Shown here piece by piece: positions 36,401 to 46,900 of a DNA stretch of 64,000 nucleotides. This DNA is from a virus (Duplodnaviria; Caudoviricetes). Both the position numbers and the translations under genes were made by a program. The first letter of the stretch is position 1. Every line of letters starts with the position of its first letter. The stretch covers positions 424 to 64,423 of IMG/VR virus record IMGVR_UViG_3300046517_001709. One strand, given 5' to 3'. The notes under the pieces are model-generated. The model was given only the letters and a program-made list of their open reading frames with translations. It was not told where the DNA came from and made no database searches.

Positions 36401-36867
36401 CGATCCGACGCGATCTCTACGACGCGATCATGGCGCATGCCCGCGCCGACCACCCGAACGAGGCCTGCGGCATCATCGCCGGACCGGCCCGTTCGGACCG
36501 GCCCGAACGCCTCGTCCCCATGGCCAATGCCGAGCAGTCCCGGACCTTCTACCGCTTCGACGTCGCCGAGCAGCTGGCGGCGTGGCGCGAGATGGACGAG
36601 CGCGGTGAGGACGTGGTGATCGTCTACCACTCCCACACCGCCACGAAGGCCTACCCGTCGCGTACCGACGTCGCGCACGCCAGCGAGCCCGATGTTCACT
36701 ACGTCGTGGTTTCCACCCGGGACGCGGACGGCCTGGGCGACGTCGAGTTCCGCTCGTTCCGCATCGTCGGCGGCGAGGTCACCGAGGAAGAGGTGCGCAT
36801 TGACTCGCCGAACGCGCTCGCTCGTACGGGCAGCCGAGAGGCGTGCGGCGGCTCGGCGGCGGCCTGA
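36394..36867 (+). CDS. JAB/MPN+ (M67) metallopeptidase, Mec-like
   Basis: HARADHPNEACG and YHSH.ATKAYPSRTD (E..HxH..S..D); resembles actinobacterial Mec. Confidence 0.92.
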   Translation: MLTIRRDLYDAIMAHARADHPNEACGIIAGPARSDRPERLVPMANAEQSRTFYRFDVAEQLAAWREMDERGEDVVIVYHSHTATKAYPSRTDVAHASEPDVHYVVVSTRDADGLGDVEFRSFRIVGGEVTEEEVRIDSPNALARTGSREACGGSAAA

Positions 36868-36977
36868 GATACTGGGAGCGTTCGCGAGCCGTCAGGCGTG
36901 CTCGCGGCGACCGCGGGACCCGCGCCGTGTTCCAGGCGGCGCGGTTTCCGTACCGACTCCCCGAGGATCCCAGCGCA

Positions 36978-37157
36978 ATGACCACGGTCCACGTCGTGCC
37001 CAGCGGCGAACCACCCGAGAACCACACCCTCGGCGACTGTCCGTGCCGGCCGCGCAGGCTTCCCAGGCGCCGCGGGGACGGCAGCGTCATCGACTGGGTC
37101 CACGCCCACCGCGCGGCCGCCGACGAGCTGGACATGCCCCGGATGCTGGCTGCATGA
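36978..37157 (+). CDS. small His/Cys protein
   Basis: HVVP....H....CPCRP...H. Confidence 0.6.
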   Translation: MTTVHVVPSGEPPENHTLGDCPCRPRRLPRRRGDGSVIDWVHAHRAAADELDMPRMLAA

Positions 37158-37750
37158 TCCCTGGCATTACCGTTGCCATCCCGTCGATTCCGCCGCGCGC
37201 GGCGATGCTCGGCCGGGCCCTGGCCTCGGTCACGGACCAGGAGTTGCCCGCCGCCGCGGTGTCGATCGCCCTGGATACCGGCCGGCAGGGCGCCGCGGCC
37301 ACGCGAGACAGGGCGCTGCGGGCCGTACGCACCGAGTACACGGCGTTCCTGGACGACGACGACCAGATGCAGCCTGAACACCTGCGGGTGCTGATGGACG
37401 CTGCCGAGGCGTCCGCCGCCGACTACGTGTTCTCCTACTACACCGTGGCCAACGCCGACGGGCAGCTCATGCCACATGTGGATCCGCTCCGGCACTTCGG
37501 GCGCGTCTTCGATCCGGCCGATCCGCACCAGACGACGATCACGATCCTGGTCCGGACTGAACTCGCGCAGGACCTCGGCTTCCGCGACCCGCCGGAAGGC
37601 GAGCTGATCGCCGGCCAGCGCTACGGCGAGGATTTTGACTTTTCCGTCCGTGCCGCCCAAGCGGGGGCAAAGATACTACACATACCAAAACGGACATGGC
37701 TGTGGTTTCACCATGGCGCGAATTCTTCAGGCCTACCTTCGCGCTGGTAG
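37154..37750 (+). CDS. glycosyltransferase family 2
   Basis: VAIPSI, AFLDDDD, GEDFDF. Confidence 0.9.
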   Translation: MIPGITVAIPSIPPRAAMLGRALASVTDQELPAAAVSIALDTGRQGAAATRDRALRAVRTEYTAFLDDDDQMQPEHLRVLMDAAEASAADYVFSYYTVANADGQLMPHVDPLRHFGRVFDPADPHQTTITILVRTELAQDLGFRDPPEGELIAGQRYGEDFDFSVRAAQAGAKILHIPKRTWLWFHHGANSSGLPSRW

Positions 37751-37835
37751 GCGCCGCGAAGGCGTGCCGGGGCCCAGTGACGACGGGGCGCGTACCGCCG
37801 GATCTGCGGGCGCGGCCAGTATCCCAGGGCTCGCG

Positions 37836-38048
37836 TCACGCTGGTGACGGCGTCGACAGCGGGGACGCCACGTCGCCGCCGGCCATCCTCGCGGACGCCA
37901 ACTGCTCTTCCAGATGGCCGATCTTCTCCTGAAGTTCCTCGATCGCCGCATCCCGCATCGCCAGCTCCGACGTCGCCGTGTGAAGCCGCCGCTCCAGTAC
38001 CGACACCAGCCGCTCGTGCGAGATCGCCAAGTTCCCCGGGCCGCTCAT
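37836..38048 (-). CDS. small coiled-coil protein
   Basis: End of tail operon; overlap. Confidence 0.6.
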   Translation of the reverse strand: MSGPGNLAISHERLVSVLERRLHTATSELAMRDAAIEELQEKIGHLEEQLASARMAGGDVASPLSTPSPA

Positions 38049-38296
38049 GCCAGGCCAGCCCTCTGCGCCAGCAGCCGGACCAGCGGATCGGGGTGGCCGG
38101 CCACCTGCGCGGCCAGCTCTGCCCGGTCGCGCTCCTCCCGGATCCGCTCGTCCTCGGCCTCCTGGAGGCGCTCGCGGTGCGCCGCGACCTCCATCGGGGT
38201 CAGCGACCGGTAGGCGAGCTCCCCGGTCGACACATCGAACTCGACGTGGTGCAGCCCGTCGGGGGGCGCGGGTTCCTGATCGTCAGCCATGATCAC
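38045..38296 (-). CDS. small tail-associated protein
   Basis: D..TGE..YR.LT..E motif; overlap. Confidence 0.65.
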   Translation of the reverse strand: MIMADDQEPAPPDGLHHVEFDVSTGELAYRSLTPMEVAAHRERLQEAEDERIREERDRAELAAQVAGHPDPLVRLLAQRAGLA

Positions 38297-39396
38297 ATCA
38301 TCGCGTAGAGAGAGACGGTGGAGTGGGCCACGAAGTTACCCGAGGCCGGGAGCAGGGTGAGCGACGTGATCACCGACTGGTTGTTCCAGGTGCCGCCGCT
38401 GTTGCCGGAGAACACCGTGGAGTTGCTCAGGCTGCACACATAGCTGGACGTCACGGTCTTGTTCGTGGCGCCGTTGGCGTTGGGGATGTCGAACCGCCCG
38501 GACACGAAGTTGCTCGCCCCGTCGGAGGTGCCGGTGTGCAGGCAGAACCGGATGCCGGTGGCCGAGGTCGAGTTGACCGACGTGGTCGTGGTGACCGACC
38601 CGTGCAGGTCCTGCCAGTTGTAGTTGGTCGCGGAGTCGCCGTTGATGCGCAGCAGAGCCGCCTGGCCGCCGGAGCCGGTGTCGCTGCGCAGCGAGTAGTC
38701 GCATACCAGGTGGGTGACCGCCGGGAGGCCGGAGAACGCGATGGATGCCGCCGAGGCGCCGAGGGTCACCGTGGCGATCTGCTGAAGGTTGTACAGATAC
38801 CCCGAGCCGGAGTAGACCGCGCTGACCCCGGTGTCCGTCTCGAAGATCTCCAGGCCCTGGAACGGCGACGACGGGTGCGTGGCGGCGGTGCAGACGAACT
38901 GCCCGAACGCCTTCTGCTCCCAGGAGCTGCCGTTGTACACCAGCATCCGGGTCGTGTCTGACTCGTAGATGGCCGTGCCCGCGGCGATGCCGGTGGTCGG
39001 CCGGGTCGCGGCTGTGCACTTCACGAGCGTGGCGTACCGCCACGCCGAGCCGGTGTAGCGGACCAGCGCGTCGGTGTCCGATTCGTAGATGAGAAGCCCG
39101 GCGATCAGGTTGGTGCTCGGCCGCGTCGAGGACGTGTACACCAGCACGTTCGATGAGACGTACGTCCACACCGGCGAGGCCTTGGTGCCGGAGTTGACGG
39201 CGACGCGGCCGGTGTCGGTCTCGTAGATGCCCTGGCCGCCGTAGGTGTTCGACGGGCGCGTCCCCGAGGTGCACTTCACCAGGCCCATGAGGCCGTCGAT
39301 GGTGGTGAGGTTCGCCTCGACGTGCGTGTTGAAGGCGTAGCCGTCGGTGAGATCGGCGATCAGCAGGGCGAGGTTCGTGGTGAAGGTGTCAGCCAC
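38293..39396 (-). CDS. minor tail / fibre protein
   Basis: Four T..TRP..G..YExDT repeats; beta-rich C-terminus. Confidence 0.8.
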   Translation of the reverse strand: MADTFTTNLALLIADLTDGYAFNTHVEANLTTIDGLMGLVKCTSGTRPSNTYGGQGIYETDTGRVAVNSGTKASPVWTYVSSNVLVYTSSTRPSTNLIAGLLIYESDTDALVRYTGSAWRYATLVKCTAATRPTTGIAAGTAIYESDTTRMLVYNGSSWEQKAFGQFVCTAATHPSSPFQGLEIFETDTGVSAVYSGSGYLYNLQQIATVTLGASAASIAFSGLPAVTHLVCDYSLRSDTGSGGQAALLRINGDSATNYNWQDLHGSVTTTTSVNSTSATGIRFCLHTGTSDGASNFVSGRFDIPNANGATNKTVTSSYVCSLSNSTVFSGNSGGTWNNQSVITSLTLLPASGNFVAHSTVSLYAMM

Positions 39397-39844
39397 GGTG
39401 CAAAGCTCCGATCCGGGCAGTCCTCATCGCTTTGACCTGCGTGGTCCGCTCGGTGTGCTGCCTGTGGTCCACTGACTCTCGATGGTGGTTGCGAATCTGG
39501 TTCAGCAGCCCGTCGGGGTCGGTGAGGCCGTGCAGGCCGCGGATCGCCTCGATACCGGCCAGGTAGTGGTCGCGGGCCGCGCGCACGTGGGTGTTGTACA
39601 GGAACTTCGGATGATCGGGGTGGACCGGCGCCAGATGCTCGTGGGTGACGATGTCCAGCAGCGTCTCGGCGTCGGCGGGGTCCACGTCGTATTCGGCGGC
39701 CCGCCAGTGCATCGAGTCCGCCGGGATCACCATCAGATGCAGCCCGGGACGCGTGGTGTCGTCATGGACGATGTGCCACCACTCGCGGTGCCCGGCACCG
39801 GGCACCGTATCCACGCGCAGCTCGACCGATTTCACGGTCCTCAC
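39389..39844 (-). CDS. hypothetical tail-region protein
   Basis: Operon position. Confidence 0.7.
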   Translation of the reverse strand: MRTVKSVELRVDTVPGAGHREWWHIVHDDTTRPGLHLMVIPADSMHWRAAEYDVDPADAETLLDIVTHEHLAPVHPDHPKFLYNTHVRAARDHYLAGIEAIRGLHGLTDPDGLLNQIRNHHRESVDHRQHTERTTQVKAMRTARIGALHRG

Positions 39845-39848
39845 GGGG

Positions 39849-42713
39849 CTACCTGCCTCTCATGGCGATGGCCAGGACGGCCCAGGCGCCGGGGGCGGCG
39901 GCGCTGAGCGCGAAGGAGAATCCGGTGGCGGTGAAGGTGGTGACGTCGCCGGCCGGGATGGTGCTGGTGTTGCTGCACGAGTAGACGGCCACCGGGTAGG
40001 TGGTGCTGAACATCGTGGCGCCGTAGCCCAGGGCGACGCTGGTGATCCCTCCGGATAGGCCGGTGAAGGGGGTGAGGAACAGTCCGGACTGGGCTTCGGG
40101 GGCGAATGAGCTCTGCTGGTAGCCGCGGATCTTCCAGATGGTGTCGGAGTTGGAGGAGTCGTCCTGGAAGTTGAGCTGGCCGTCCGATCCGCGCCCCGGG
40201 ATCGCCAGCTGCAGCTGGGCCTGGTTGTACGCCAGGACCACCTGGCCGCCGTTGGTGGTCTGGTTCGAGGGATCCCCGACGTGCAGGACGAGGCCGGTGG
40301 TGCCCTTCATGAACAGGCGGTGGAAGTAGGTGGTGCCGCCGACCACGTAGTTGCCGGAGTTGATACCGATACCGGCGGTGTTCCCGTCGATGTTCACGGC
40401 ATTGATGAACGCGTTGTTGGTGCCGGCGGTGTCATACAGGCGTATCACGGGGTAGGAGCTGGCTGGCGTCTCCAGGGTGATCTTCTCGCCGCCGGCGACC
40501 TGGGCCAGGGTGAGGGTTGTGGTGGCGGAGTTCAGGTCGAACACGACGTTCCCGCCGGCGTCGTAGCTGTGGACGCCGGTGGAGTCCATCACCACCCGCT
40601 GGCCGGTCAGCGCGGTGCCGATCGTGCCGCCCAGGATGATCGAGGCGGTGACGGTCCCGGCCGTGAGCTTGGACACCGACAGGTCGGTGATGTACGCGTT
40701 CGACCACAGCACCGCCGTGGCCCCGGCCGCGGCCGATGGCGCCGACTTGTTCCCGGCGACGTCCACCGCCACGATCTTGATGTACATCGACTGGGCCGGC
40801 GGCTGGCCCGGCGGGATCGTGAACGACCCGACGACGGGGATCTGGCCGGTGATGTTCCCGGCGTTCGCAGGCAGCGACCCCAGCTTCGTCGCCGCCGACG
40901 GGGTGAACAGCGGCTCGTACGTGCCGTGAACCTCGATATGGTGCAGGTCGCTGGCCTGGTTGAACGTGCCGCCGTCGGAAGTGCCGCAGTCCCAGGTGAC
41001 CTGCACGCTGGCCATGTTCGCCGCGACCACCGGCGCGTCCGGCGTCGGCGGGGGGATCGTGTCGGCCGAGGCCGTGAAGTCCGTCGTCGCCGACCAGGCG
41101 CCGAAGTTCGGCGGCGAGGCGGTGTCCACCGCCCGGATCTGGAAGGAGTACACCACGCCCGGCGTGAGCTCCTGGATCAGCAGCGTGTCGGTGCCCCAGC
41201 CGACGAACGTCGGCTTCCACTGCGCCACCGGCGCCGGGATCAGGGCGTTGTAGGTGCCGCCCAGGGCCGCCAGAGAGTTGTAGGTGTACCCGGCCGCGGC
41301 GAGCTGCGCGTGCGAGGGGTTCGTCGCGTAGATGCCCAGGTTCGGCCGGTACTGGATCTCATAGTGGTCGCCGTCGGTGATGGTGGTGCCGTCGGTGTTC
41401 GTCGGCGTCGACCAGGCCAGCTGGATCTGCGCCTTCGTCTTGCCGTCCGACGGGCTCTGATACGTCGTGGTCGTGAACGTCCCGAACGTGACGGCCGCGG
41501 GGATGGTGGTGTCCGGGATCGGCCGCGGCCCGACCGGCTCGGAGGTCGACACCAGCTGCCGGTTGTAGCCGCCGACGACGATGTTCGTGTCGCCGGTGTC
41601 GAACGTCACGTAGTCCGTCAGGTCGTACCAGACGCCGCCCGGCGCCCGGAAGGCCACCGTCATGCCCTGCACGACCGGCCACGTCTGCTCGATGACGCGC
41701 AGCAGCACCGGATTGATCCGGCGGCCGCGGAACGTGACCTCGTTGTTGGTGTCGACCATCCCGGCGTCCGGGTCGTACACGTAGGTGTAGTCGCCGACGG
41801 CCAGCTCCCCGCCGATGTCGTATTCGGAGGACGACAGCTGCAGCTGGTCCCGCGGCGTCGCGTACGGCTCCAGGGCGATCTGCGCGGAGGCGGTGGCGTT
41901 CAGGGAGCTGACCGAGCTGGCCGAGACCATCCGGGTCATCTTCACCGCGGCGCCGAACAGGTCCGTGTAGGGGTTCGTGGCGCCGATGTCCGCGAGGTTC
42001 GCCACGCCCACGGCGGTCGACGCGCCGCTGCCGCCGGCCAGCACCACGACCCGGGAGGTGAAGTCCTTGGTGTCCTCGGCGAGCTGCGTCACGCCCGGCA
42101 GCCCGCGCAGGTTCATGTCGACGCCGGCGTCCTTGGCCACGATCGCCGTGGTCGGGGACGTCACGTACAGATCGGACACGTGCCCGAAGTCCAGGGTGGC
42201 GTTGCCGTTGACGCGCCACTCCACGGCCTGCGTCGGGCCGGAGCCGGTGGACATCTGCTGGCAGAAGGAGGTGAGCGCGTCGCGCCGGTTCTTCCACACG
42301 AACGCCCCGGTGTAGGTGGCCGCGCCGATGGAGTGGATCGTGCCGGAGTGCACCGAGGATGGCAGCAGCGCGGCCACAACGGTCCCGGCACCGGCGGCGG
42401 TGAACAGCAGCGGCGTCTCCAAGACGTCGCCGACGCCCGCGGCCGAGGCCAGCCACAGCGACATGCCCTCCCCGGACAGCACCGGCCCGGCCAGGGTCTT
42501 GAAGTTGACGCCGTTGACCACGCCGACGTAGCGGGCCGAGGTGAGCAGCGAATCGCCGGCCACCCGCGGGTCCTGGCGGCCGGTGGCGATGGCGACGTGC
42601 CCGAAGAAGCCGCCGGCCAGGTGGTCCTTCAGCTCCGAGGGCAGATCCGGCGACAGCTGCACCGACCAGGAGCCGTTCGCCATCAAAGTACTGGTGATCG
42701 GCAGCTCACTCAC
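39849..42713 (-). CDS. tail tip protein with fibronectin type III domains
   Basis: YSFQIRAVD..GAWS and IVAVDVAGNKSAPS; 954 aa downstream of TMP. Confidence 0.85.
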   Translation of the reverse strand: MSELPITSTLMANGSWSVQLSPDLPSELKDHLAGGFFGHVAIATGRQDPRVAGDSLLTSARYVGVVNGVNFKTLAGPVLSGEGMSLWLASAAGVGDVLETPLLFTAAGAGTVVAALLPSSVHSGTIHSIGAATYTGAFVWKNRRDALTSFCQQMSTGSGPTQAVEWRVNGNATLDFGHVSDLYVTSPTTAIVAKDAGVDMNLRGLPGVTQLAEDTKDFTSRVVVLAGGSGASTAVGVANLADIGATNPYTDLFGAAVKMTRMVSASSVSSLNATASAQIALEPYATPRDQLQLSSSEYDIGGELAVGDYTYVYDPDAGMVDTNNEVTFRGRRINPVLLRVIEQTWPVVQGMTVAFRAPGGVWYDLTDYVTFDTGDTNIVVGGYNRQLVSTSEPVGPRPIPDTTIPAAVTFGTFTTTTYQSPSDGKTKAQIQLAWSTPTNTDGTTITDGDHYEIQYRPNLGIYATNPSHAQLAAAGYTYNSLAALGGTYNALIPAPVAQWKPTFVGWGTDTLLIQELTPGVVYSFQIRAVDTASPPNFGAWSATTDFTASADTIPPPTPDAPVVAANMASVQVTWDCGTSDGGTFNQASDLHHIEVHGTYEPLFTPSAATKLGSLPANAGNITGQIPVVGSFTIPPGQPPAQSMYIKIVAVDVAGNKSAPSAAAGATAVLWSNAYITDLSVSKLTAGTVTASIILGGTIGTALTGQRVVMDSTGVHSYDAGGNVVFDLNSATTTLTLAQVAGGEKITLETPASSYPVIRLYDTAGTNNAFINAVNIDGNTAGIGINSGNYVVGGTTYFHRLFMKGTTGLVLHVGDPSNQTTNGGQVVLAYNQAQLQLAIPGRGSDGQLNFQDDSSNSDTIWKIRGYQQSSFAPEAQSGLFLTPFTGLSGGITSVALGYGATMFSTTYPVAVYSCSNTSTIPAGDVTTFTATGFSFALSAAAPGAWAVLAIAMRGR

Positions 42714-42740
42714 CTCCCATCGCGTGCGTCGGCAGTCTGG

Positions 42741-43976
42741 TCATCGGCGTACGGCCTGCACCAATTCGGCGGGGGCGCTGCAGTACTGGCTGAACAGGTC
42801 GGCCGCGAGGTCCCCCGCGACGGCGCCGGACCCTGCGGCGACGACACCGACGAACGCGTCCAGGGTGGTGGTCGCCGCGAGGGAGATGCCGCCGTTGGTG
42901 GTGTCGGCGGTGTTGGTCAGCGCCGAGCCGACGATGTACCGGTTGCCCGCGCCGTCGTTGGCGTTCGCGGTGACGTACGCGCCGCCCCCACCGGACGCGC
43001 CGGTCTCGGTAGTGCCGCGCACGACTTTCAGCGTCGCGGCGACTTCGGCCTGGATGTACAGCTCGGCGAAGCGGGAGCCGCGGCGCAGCGTGACGTCGGC
43101 GGTGACCCGGCCGGGGCTGCGCGACCACAGCAGCCGCAGCACGATGATCTCCGGCTCGTTGCGCAGCAGGCTGACGGTCTTCGGGGCGCCGAGGCTGACG
43201 CCGCCGAGCTGCACGTCCCAGTTCTTCGTCTGCCACGCCCCGCCGGTGTAGGCGTCGATCGACAAGATCCCGGATGAGGCGATCGGCTGGACGCGCACCA
43301 GCCCGTTGTGCAGCGTCCAGCCGGTGACGGTCGTGCCGAACATGATGCCGGAGCGTTCGAAACCGTTGGTGTCGGTGAACCGGCAGCGCCCGTTCAGGTA
43401 GCTCCCGACCGGGCAGTCGTAGCGGGGGATGCACGGCGTGGGCAGCCCCAGATAGACGGTCATGGCGCCGTCGGAGCCGGTGCGGACCACGGTGCTCGGC
43501 GTGGATCCGGTCCCGGACCAGTAGGAGTCGTGGCCGATGGGCGGTGCGTGCCAGCGGGATCCGGTGGCCGAGAAGCTGTTGTTCCGTATGCCGCCGGTCA
43601 GCCGCGACTCGACATCGACTTCGGTGTCGGTCCCGGCCCGCGCCAGGCTCATAGTCCACGTCGCGGTGGCGGTCTCGCCGTTCCAGTTGATCGCATCGGC
43701 GTTCGCGGAGGCGACGCTGTAGTAGCCGTTCAGGTCGGTCTTGTCGGTGAACGTCACCGGCACGAATGCGCCGGTCAGGCCGAGGATGTCGGCGTGCTTG
43801 GCCTGGAGCGCGGCCAGGGAGGTGGTCGCGGCGGCGGGCAGCGATTCCTGGCCGGCCAGGGTGAGAGTGCGCGGGGCCTGCCCGGAGGATGCGGGCTGGC
43901 TGGCGGAGCTGGCGGGAGTCGCGGGGAACTCGACCAGCGCCACGCGGCCGACGGAGATCGTGCCGAAGCCGGTCAT
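42741..43976 (-). CDS. minor tail protein (distal tail-like)
   Basis: Immediately after tape measure. Confidence 0.75.
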   Translation of the reverse strand: MTGFGTISVGRVALVEFPATPASSASQPASSGQAPRTLTLAGQESLPAAATTSLAALQAKHADILGLTGAFVPVTFTDKTDLNGYYSVASANADAINWNGETATATWTMSLARAGTDTEVDVESRLTGGIRNNSFSATGSRWHAPPIGHDSYWSGTGSTPSTVVRTGSDGAMTVYLGLPTPCIPRYDCPVGSYLNGRCRFTDTNGFERSGIMFGTTVTGWTLHNGLVRVQPIASSGILSIDAYTGGAWQTKNWDVQLGGVSLGAPKTVSLLRNEPEIIVLRLLWSRSPGRVTADVTLRRGSRFAELYIQAEVAATLKVVRGTTETGASGGGGAYVTANANDGAGNRYIVGSALTNTADTTNGGISLAATTTLDAFVGVVAAGSGAVAGDLAADLFSQYCSAPAELVQAVRR

Positions 43977-46900
43977 GTGTAGGCCTGCTCGACCTGGCGC
44001 AGGGCGTCGCGGATCTGCACGGCGGCCTTCCGGGAGGTGGCGCTCATGGCGTTGGGGTTGGTGAAGTCGTACATCGCGGACACGCTGACGTGGATGTCTC
44101 CATGGACGTGGATGCCGCCGCTGTTGCCCGCGCGGCCGCCGTCCGGGCCGAGCGCTGCGGCGCGGGTCCGGTCGTCCAGCGGGACAACCGCGGCGCCGGC
44201 GTTCATGTTGAGCAGTTCGGGGCCCTTGTCGCCGACGACGGCCCAGCCGGGGCGGACCGCGATACCGCCCTCGGCCAGGAGCTGGATCTTATCGATCGGC
44301 GGAATCGGCGGGACGCCCGCCCACGTCCAGGCATCGGAGGCGCCCGAGGTCATGGAGTTGATCCCGTCGATAAGGACGTTGATCCCCTTGATGACGCCGT
44401 TGACGGCCCACTTCAGGCCGGCGCCGAGCCAATCCCACAGGTGCGCACCGGTGGCAACGAACTTGCCCGGCAGGCCGGTCACCGTGTTGACCATCGTGTC
44501 GAGGATCCCCGACGCGACCGACCAGGCCTCGCGGATCGGCTCGATCACATAGGACTTCACCAGGTCCCAGGCCGCCTTTGTCCCGGCCTTGATGCCGTTC
44601 CAGATCGTGCCGATCATGGCCGCGCCGGCGGTGAAGCCCGACATCAGGTTCGACCACCAGCCCTCGACGAAGGTCAGGAACACCGAGAAGATCGACCTGA
44701 TGTCGGCCCACAGCTCCTTGAGGAAGTCGCGGAACCCGGAGAAGTGGGTCCAGGCGTACACGATGCCCGCGGCCAGCCCGGCGATAGCCGCCACCACCAG
44801 GAAGATCGGGTTCGCGTCCATGATGAGGTTGAACGCGCCCTGAAGGATCGTCCACGCCTTCGTCGCCGTCTGCGCGATCAGGCTCTCGGCGGTGAACAGT
44901 TTTATCGCCCCCCGGTAGGCGTCCATGAGGGTCTTGCCCAGGCCCACGACCGTGTTGTACGCCCTGGTCGCCGCCACGGCGCCCAGGACGATGCCGATCA
45001 GCGGCGTCAGCACCGCGGTGTTGTTCGCGATGAACGTCGCCACGGACTTCAGGCCGTCGGACAGCGGGCCCATCACCGGCAGCAGGCCCTGCACCAGGGA
45101 CGTCGCGATCTGCGCAACCGCCGGCGCGAGGGTGACCAGGGCCGGTCCCAGGGCGCCGGAGAAGGCACCCGCGAGCGTGCCGATCGGCCCCAGCAGCCCC
45201 GATACGATCCCCAGGAGCCCCGAGATCGACTGGCCCGCGCCACCGGCGTTCACGGTCAGCCCGGAGAAGAACGCCGGGATCCCGGAGGCCATCAGGTCGT
45301 GGAAACCCTGTCCGAGTCCGGCCACGATCGGGCCGGCCGCCGCAGCCGCCTGCACGATGCCGGAGAACATCTGCACGAACCCCGAGCCGAGCTGCTGCAC
45401 CAGCCCGGTGCCCTCCTGGAGCACGGTGATCAGCGCGCCCCGGAACGCCGGGTCGCTGAACAGGCCGCCGAACTGCCTGGCCAGGCCGCCGATCACCGTG
45501 CCCATCTGGCCGACCGCGGTGTTGAACGGGCCCAGCATCGGCGCGATGTCCCGCAGCATCTGCGTGAACCCGGGCAGCATCGTCGTCTGCGCGGTGACCG
45601 ACAGTTCGTGGAAGCCCGACTTCATCGAGATCAGCTGGTTCACCAGCTCCCGCCCGGCCGGCGCCAGCTTGGCCATGTCCGCAGCGAAGGCGTTCATCCC
45701 GCCGCCGGCCGATGCTGCTGCGGCCGCGGCCAGGGCCTGCTGCTTGTAGGTGTTCGACAGGTTCTCCTCGGCCTGGCGCACCGCGGCGATCGATTGCTGC
45801 GCCTGCTCGGCCGTCGAGCGCTGGACGTTGGCCTGGTTCCGCAGGGCGTTGGCGACGCCCTGCACGGCCTGCTCGTAGGAGTACTGGGCGTTCACCACCG
45901 ACGGCAGCCCGTTCGCGCCCTCGGCGTTGGCCTTGGTCGCGGCCTCAGTGGCCTCCTTCGACCGCTGCGTCGCATCCGTCACGGCCTGCTCGGCATCCTT
46001 CAACTGCTGCGCGGCCTGCTGCTTGGCCAGCAGGGGCGCCAGCGAGTTGGCCATGACCGCGGTGTAGTTCTGCTGCGCCGCCTGCGCGGCCAGCTGCGCA
46101 TCCGTCACGCCGTTCGCCGCGTCGGCCGCGGAGTTGTTCACATCGGCGATCTGGTTCGCCGCATCCGCCTTGGCCTGCGCAAGCGCCTGGGCCGCCTGGG
46201 CCGCGGCGTGCTCGGCCGAGGCCACCTGCTGATCCGCCGAGATGATCGCGTTCGCCGACTGGATCGCCGCATCCGCCGCCTGCCGCTTGGCGTCCGCGAT
46301 GGCCTTCTCCGCCGACTGGATCGCCAGGGCGTTGGAGAACGCCGTCTGCGCCTGCTGCGCCGCCGACTGGCCCGCGCCAGCGCTCGCCGCCGAGTAGTCG
46401 TGCAGGGTCTTGATGACACCGGAGAAGCCCAAGCCCAGCGTCCCGACCGCCGACCCCGCGCCGGCAAGTAGCGCCGGCAGCGCGGCCAGCACCGGAGCGA
46501 GTGCAGACCCGGCCGCGACCGCCGTCCACATCATGCCCGACAGGCCCATGAAACCCTGGCCGCCGGACGACGCGCCGCTGCCGGCGCTGCCGGCCTTGTT
46601 GCCGGTATCGGCCAGGGCGCTCCCGGCATTCTCGGCCGCCGGTTCCAGATCCGCCATCGCGGCCCGCAGCGACCGTGACCCGGACTCCATCGAGGAGAAC
46701 GACTGGCGAAGGCTCGACGCCGCGTCGTCGCCGGCCTTGTCCGCCTCGGCCATCGCCGAGCGGAACTGGGTCTCGAAGTCCTCCGTCTCGGCCTCGACCG
46801 GTACCTTCACCGGCTCCGGCTTGACGGCCTTGGTCTTGCGGCTGACCTTCTCCTGCAGACCGGTGTCGTCCGGCTCCAGGGGAATCTTGACCGCTTCCTC

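Noticed and set aside
7168-36867. Complete Bil/Bub ubiquitination operon (DUF6527 plus JAB)
   Set aside because: The genes are 29 kb apart and no E1, E2 or Ubl gene is recognisable.
40281-46471. Very long + strand ORFs (998 aa and 860 aa)
   Set aside because: Antisense shadows of the tail tip and tape measure genes caused by high-GC codon bias; no recognisable motifs.
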